In this document: positions 26,395-30,002 of the stretch, piece after piece
Position numbering within the stretch: the first letter of the stretch is position 1
Layout: each line of letters opens with the position of its first letter
IMG/VR virus record: IMGVR_UViG_3300032278_000081
Coordinates: 1-30,002 of that record
Length of the DNA stretch: 30,002 nucleotides
Origin: a virus
Lineage: Duplodnaviria; Caudoviricetes
Strand: one strand, 5' to 3'
Program-made: the position numbers and the translations under genes
The notes under the pieces: generated by a model
Database searches by the model: none
What the model was told of the DNA's origin: nothing
The model's input: only the letters and a program-made list of their open reading frames with translations

Positions 26395-26679
26395 ATGACC
26401 GCTAACCTGAATACAGAGATGTTGACGATGAAGGCCACCACCGGCCTCTTAGCGTTGGATAAAACTTTTATCGGCACCGAGGACTATATGGGCATGGCGT
26501 ATTTCTGGCATTACGAGTATCGCCACTATCTGCGCCCCATGAGCTATGCCGTGAATCGCCGCGTGCATCGCGCACTTCTCGCCGCTGGGCTTGAAGTCAA
26601 CGAAGCCAGCCCCGCGCATGAGGCGATCATCCTGACAACCTTTGACCGCCGCCGCGTGTATGGCCGAGCTTCCGCATAG
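26395..26679 (+). CDS. Hypothetical protein
   Basis: SD-containing GGAGAGACAGAGAC directly upstream. Confidence 0.7.
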   Translation: MTANLNTEMLTMKATTGLLALDKTFIGTEDYMGMAYFWHYEYRHYLRPMSYAVNRRVHRALLAAGLEVNEASPAHEAIILTTFDRRRVYGRASA

Positions 26680-26694
26680 GATTAGAAACAGCCG

Positions 26695-26907
26695 ATGCCC
26701 TTCCCCCACAAGAAGCAACCCGCACGGAAGGAAAAATTTACCGGGAATCTGGGATCAACCCGTCTGATTTATCAGGCGGGAGCCGCCGCCCGCAAGAACG
26801 GTGATCCCATCTGGGTCAATCCCCTGCTGGGAGAACACGCCCGCGTCTGGGCCAACGGCTGGCGCGGCGTGCCGCATACGAAACCCCCCAAACAAAGTAA
26901 GAAATAA
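26695..26907 (+). CDS. Rmf/CrpP-like small protein (tentative)
   Basis: YQAGAAARKNG...NP...WANGWR matches the G..A...G...P....W..GW pattern of the ribosome modulation factor fold. Confidence 0.5.
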   Translation: MPFPHKKQPARKEKFTGNLGSTRLIYQAGAAARKNGDPIWVNPLLGEHARVWANGWRGVPHTKPPKQSKK

Positions 26908-26991
26908 TTGTTTTAACCTCTTGCTTTTTTCTCTCAATCGTGTAGACTTAGGTTGTTGATACTTACTTACTACATAAGGAGACAGGAAATG
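26901..26991 (+). repeat. Expression cassette, degenerate copy
   Basis: GAAATAATTGTTTT 26901-26914, TTGCTT 26921, TAGACT 26943, TTGTTGATA 26953, AAGGAG, ATG 26989. Confidence 0.8.
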
Positions 26992-27654
26992 CTTACAGAA
27001 GTGCAGTGTGATGTTTTTAAGTCTGTTGTGCAGCCAGTGCACCCCACCGGCACGTTGATGGTGTCGAAATATAAGGGCTGGTGCAAATCGTGTAAATCGC
27101 CAATTGCTGTTGGCTCTGAAATTCTCTGGGCCAAGGGTGAAGGCGCACGCCACGCCACGCAGGAAGCCTGTGACAAAGCCACGGCTGCGAAGGCCGCACC
27201 ACAGGGCCACGCAAATCTTGCCAGCATCATCAGCTTTATCGTGGGCGCACGGGATCGCGGGATCAAATGGCCGAAGCTCCGCGTGTTGGATGCTGATGGC
27301 ACGTCTGAACTGGTGCTAGGGCTGACCGGCGAAAAGAGCAAGGTGCCCGGTTCGGTCACCGTCAAGCGTAACGGGGAGTATGTTGGGCTGGTACGTCCCA
27401 CGGGTGATGTGATTGGCGCATGGGATAACCCCACACGCTTTGATGCCACGCTGATCGCGCACTTGGCACAGGTAGCCGAAGCTCCGGCCATCGCCGCCAA
27501 GGACTACGCGGGCATCACGTCAAACTGTTCTTTCTGCGGCAAGACCCTCACCGACACGGGCAGTGTCGAGGTAGGCTACGGCCCCATCTGTGCAGAGCAT
27601 TGGGGTTTGCCGCACACGCCGAAAGGCACCCCAGCACTGGAGGTTGTTGTATAA
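26989..27654 (+). CDS. DUF6011-like zinc-finger protein
   Basis: C-terminal CSFCGKTLTD..S..GYGPIC motif; N-terminal CKSC...H. Confidence 0.75.
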   Translation: MLTEVQCDVFKSVVQPVHPTGTLMVSKYKGWCKSCKSPIAVGSEILWAKGEGARHATQEACDKATAAKAAPQGHANLASIISFIVGARDRGIKWPKLRVLDADGTSELVLGLTGEKSKVPGSVTVKRNGEYVGLVRPTGDVIGAWDNPTRFDATLIAHLAQVAEAPAIAAKDYAGITSNCSFCGKTLTDTGSVEVGYGPICAEHWGLPHTPKGTPALEVVV

Positions 27655-27660
27655 GTATCA

Positions 27661-27685
27661 GGGGGCCATCCGGCCCCCTTTTTTT
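27661..27685 (+). terminator. Rho-independent terminator
   Basis: Identical stem-loop to 811-828 followed by T7. Confidence 0.9.
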
Positions 27686-27690
27686 GTCTG

Positions 27691-27795
27691 AAAATAATTG
27701 TTTTGCACTCTTGTTTTTTTCTGCCAATACTGTATACTTAGTTCATCATGTTGATGGATTCAGTCAATGCCGACTCGCAAGGAGACAAAAAGATG
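27691..27795 (+). repeat. Expression cassette copy
   Basis: Box 27691-27704, TTGTTT 27711, TATACT 27733, ATGTTGATGGATTCA 27748, AAGGAG, ATG 27793. Confidence 0.9.
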
Positions 27796-28101
27796 ATGTT
27801 ACTTACCAAAGCCAATCGGAACGCCCTCCCCGCGCTGTATGCCACGGATGGAGACAAAGCCGCCAAAGCCGTGGTGAAGTTCTTCACGCCCGATGGCAAC
27901 TTTACGTGGTACGCCAGCGAATTTGACGGCAACGATACTTTTTTCGGTCTGGTTGACGGCGGCGCGTGCAAGGAGCTTGGGTATTTCTCCCTGAGTGAAT
28001 TGACGAACCTGCGCGGTCGGATGGGATTGCCGGTAGAGCGGGATCGCTACTTCTCCCCCACGCCGCTTGCGGAACTGGGATCGAACGTCCACGCCAGCTA
28101 A
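27793..28101 (+). CDS. DUF2958 family protein (102 aa; 117 aa from ATG 27748)
   Basis: VVKFFTP..TWY..E..FFGLV..ELGYFSLSEL..VERDRYF signature. Confidence 0.85.
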   Translation: MMLLTKANRNALPALYATDGDKAAKAVVKFFTPDGNFTWYASEFDGNDTFFGLVDGGACKELGYFSLSELTNLRGRMGLPVERDRYFSPTPLAELGSNVHAS

Positions 28102-28120
28102 GACACGAGCTACACCTAGA

Positions 28121-28142
28121 GGGGGCTTCGGCCCCCTTTTTT
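28121..28142 (+). terminator. Rho-independent terminator
   Basis: GGGGGC-TTCG-GCCCCC followed by T6. Confidence 0.9.
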
Positions 28143-28150
28143 ATTGCCTG

Positions 28151-28246
28151 AAAATAATTGTTTCATCCTCTTGACTTTTTCTGTCAATAGTATAGACTTA
28201 CCTTATCATGTTGATGTCAGACACAAACCGGGGAGACAAAACGATG
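28151..28246 (+). repeat. Expression cassette copy
   Basis: Box 28151-28164, TTGACT 28171, TAGACT 28193, ATGTTGATG 28208, GGAG, ATG 28244. Confidence 0.9.
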
Positions 28247-28648
28247 AACTGGTTAGAAACTTCAGACGAAAGCATCGAAATGGAAATGGCGAACTCCGTG
28301 AAAGGTGGGCGCGAGGGGCACGTTATTACGACTGACGGCACCGCAGCCATTCAGACCGTAGCCAGCGCATTCATCAACGCTGATGGATCGAAGCGCACAA
28401 AAAAGTTTGCCTACGATGAGAATGAACACATCGAGGTAACAGAAGACCCAAAAGAAGCGCGACAATTTACACTGTATCGCCGCCCCCTCACCGTGCTTTT
28501 CCAGCGCCGTGGCCGTATCCCTCGCGTGAATCGGATCTACGCATTCAAGGCAGTCGATACCGTGAGCGGCGTGACCTCAGAGTGGACATCGAAGAAATAT
28601 GCCATCGCTCAGATGGAAACACAAAACAGACAACCTATCAAGTCATAA
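28244..28648 (+). CDS. Hypothetical cassette gene (134 aa; 146 aa from ATG 28208)
   Basis: SD GGGGAG; cassette promoter upstream. Confidence 0.7.
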   Translation: MNWLETSDESIEMEMANSVKGGREGHVITTDGTAAIQTVASAFINADGSKRTKKFAYDENEHIEVTEDPKEARQFTLYRRPLTVLFQRRGRIPRVNRIYAFKAVDTVSGVTSEWTSKKYAIAQMETQNRQPIKS

Positions 28649-28665
28649 GGAGAGACAGAGACACC

Positions 28666-28863
28666 ATGACTCTGATTGATCTCGACCGACTCGCCGCGTA
28701 TGACGCGCTGCTGGCGTTGCCCGTTGATCCGACCATCAAGGATTTCATCGGCCATCACCGCACGCACGCTGGAAAACCTCACCCCACGTTAATGCGTGAT
28801 CTTAAAAACAAATTCGTGCGGTATCTGATGGAGCGTCAACTGGAGCGCGACGGGGATTTATGA
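28666..28863 (+). CDS. Hypothetical protein (65 aa)
   Basis: AAGGAGAGACAGAGAC precedes ATG 28666, preferred over the tracked start at 28582. Confidence 0.7.
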   Translation: MTLIDLDRLAAYDALLALPVDPTIKDFIGHHRTHAGKPHPTLMRDLKNKFVRYLMERQLERDGDL

Positions 28864-29048
28864 ATCTCTCCCTGATTTGGAATTTGCTAGCCGTGGGTGC
28901 GAGTGGCACCGCCGTCTATGTGATGGACTGGTGCCCTCTCCTGTCGGTGCTGCTCGCCGGACTCGCGGGGCTGATCATCGGCCTCACCAGCCGCTTTGAT
29001 GTGGGGGTAACTAGTGCACCCGATCCGAAGCCTGATGCCCCGCCGTGA
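28860..29048 (+). CDS. Small two-TM membrane protein
   Basis: ATGA coupling with previous gene; two hydrophobic stretches. Confidence 0.55.
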   Translation: MNLSLIWNLLAVGASGTAVYVMDWCPLLSVLLAGLAGLIIGLTSRFDVGVTSAPDPKPDAPP

Positions 29049-29292
29049 TAAACCGGAGTTCGTCCAACGACATCTCTTCCACCCACAGCGGTGTGGCTTC
29101 CCCGACATAGGTGGACTGGGAATGCTCATATACAAATTCCCGCGCCTCCTCTCGATCCATGCCCCGCGCTTCCAGAATCTCCACCGCTTTGGGAATCGAG
29201 TAGATCGCGACCTTGGGCAATCCTGATCGACAGCCGATCCCAACAAACGCCTCTTCAAATCCAGCCGCTAACAAGATCGGCGTGTCGCTCAA
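29011..29292 (-). CDS. Conserved hypothetical phage protein
   Basis: GFEEAFVG..Y..K..IL..GM..EEA.EF..YVGE.TP pattern; coupled to upstream gene. Confidence 0.7.
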   Translation of the reverse strand: MSDTPILLAAGFEEAFVGIGCRSGLPKVAIYSIPKAVEILEARGMDREEAREFVYEHSQSTYVGEATPLWVEEMSLDELRFITAGHQASDRVH

Positions 29293-29684
29293 TGCACCGG
29301 CTCCGGCTCATCCAGTTCCTTCGCTTCTGCCGCCGCCGCCCGCTTGACGATGTCCATCGCCCGATCCTTGAGATCCGCACTACTCAGCGAGGCCAGATCA
29401 CTGGCTTGATCATCCACTCTGAGTGAGGCTGTCGGCCCGAAGCCCGCCCGATCTAAAACCGCAATCGCCGCCCGCACTTTGGTCGGCCACTCCTCGCATT
29501 CTTCCACCGCCCGCAAGAGCGCCGTCATCGCCGGATCGATCATGCTGATCAACCGACGCTGCGCGGCCAGCTTCGCGGCTGGTGCACTCCCGCCGTGCAC
29601 GACGCACACCGTGCCGCCCGCTATCGGTGCCCGCTTGCATTGTTCCCCTGTCTGTTTCGCCCGCGCTGTGCATTGATCTGGCAT
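29289..29684 (-). CDS. HGGxSTG-like zinc-binding protein, probable terminase small subunit
   Basis: CTARAKQTGEQCK..VCVVHGG and AAIAVLDRAG motifs; same strand as and upstream of terL. Confidence 0.65.
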   Translation of the reverse strand: MPDQCTARAKQTGEQCKRAPIAGGTVCVVHGGSAPAAKLAAQRRLISMIDPAMTALLRAVEECEEWPTKVRAAIAVLDRAGFGPTASLRVDDQASDLASLSSADLKDRAMDIVKRAAAAEAKELDEPEPVH

Positions 29685-29686
29685 AG

Positions 29687-29953
29687 TTACAGATTACCAC
29701 GGTGATGCTTAAAAACTAAATACGCCCACGCCGCAATCTTGATCAAGTCTTCAGGATTTCGCTTTCGCATATAGCGTATGGCTTTGTACATAATCTCCCC
29801 GATGGGATGCCCGTGATCGCCCGTCGCGGTGTAAATAAATTCATACACATCATTGGGGCCATCCGTACCGCCCGCGCTATACCCCTTATTTTTTGCGCCG
29901 ACACTTAACATCGCTTCGACCTGCTCACAAAACTGCCTATAACTTCGATCCAT
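29687..29953 (-). CDS. Hypothetical protein, weak DUF3310-like pattern
   Basis: GEIMYKAIRY..K..EDLIK..W; SD GAGG. Confidence 0.5.
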   Translation of the reverse strand: MDRSYRQFCEQVEAMLSVGAKNKGYSAGGTDGPNDVYEFIYTATGDHGHPIGEIMYKAIRYMRKRNPEDLIKIAAWAYLVFKHHRGNL

Positions 29954-30002
29954 ACACCCCTCGCATAATCGCCTTGTCTTTTCCAGCCTTCGTTGACGGG
30001 GC

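Noticed and set aside
28582-28665. ORF-track start at 28582
   Set aside because: Overlaps the previous gene; a strong SD supports ATG 28666
1-30002. Stop-codon reassignment, integrase, intron/intein or reverse transcriptase
   Set aside because: Core genes are full length in the standard code, and no motifs for these elements were seen

Overview
A 30-kb segment of a tailed phage (siphovirus-like) genome. A minus-strand virion module runs from about 25180 to 1428: terminase large subunit, DUF4055-type portal, split MuF fused to protease-like and ADP-ribosyltransferase domains, scaffold, P22-like major capsid, head-tail connectors, two paralogous tail tube genes, a G/GT chaperone pair with a -1 slippery site, tape measure, tail tip/fibre, small membrane lysis genes, an M15 peptidase endolysin and a thermonuclease. 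Two islands (about 410-1410 and 25200-29050) bracket it. They hold small genes built from a repeated terminator / AAAATAATTGTTTT box / -35 / mostly 16-nt spacer / -10 cassette. In the five copies carrying ATGTTGAT at the predicted 5' end, that ATG is always in frame with a Shine-Dalgarno-led ATG downstream, although the spacing varies (36, 39, 45, 48 nt). This suggests a dual leaderless plus SD start design, and an Rmf-like gene lies in the larger island. Other points of interest are a CCC-C +1 junction inside the MuF toxin gene and an array of CGGGG-loop hairpins upstream of the capsid gene. Family calls come from motif recognition by eye; no searches were run. The host is not identifiable.
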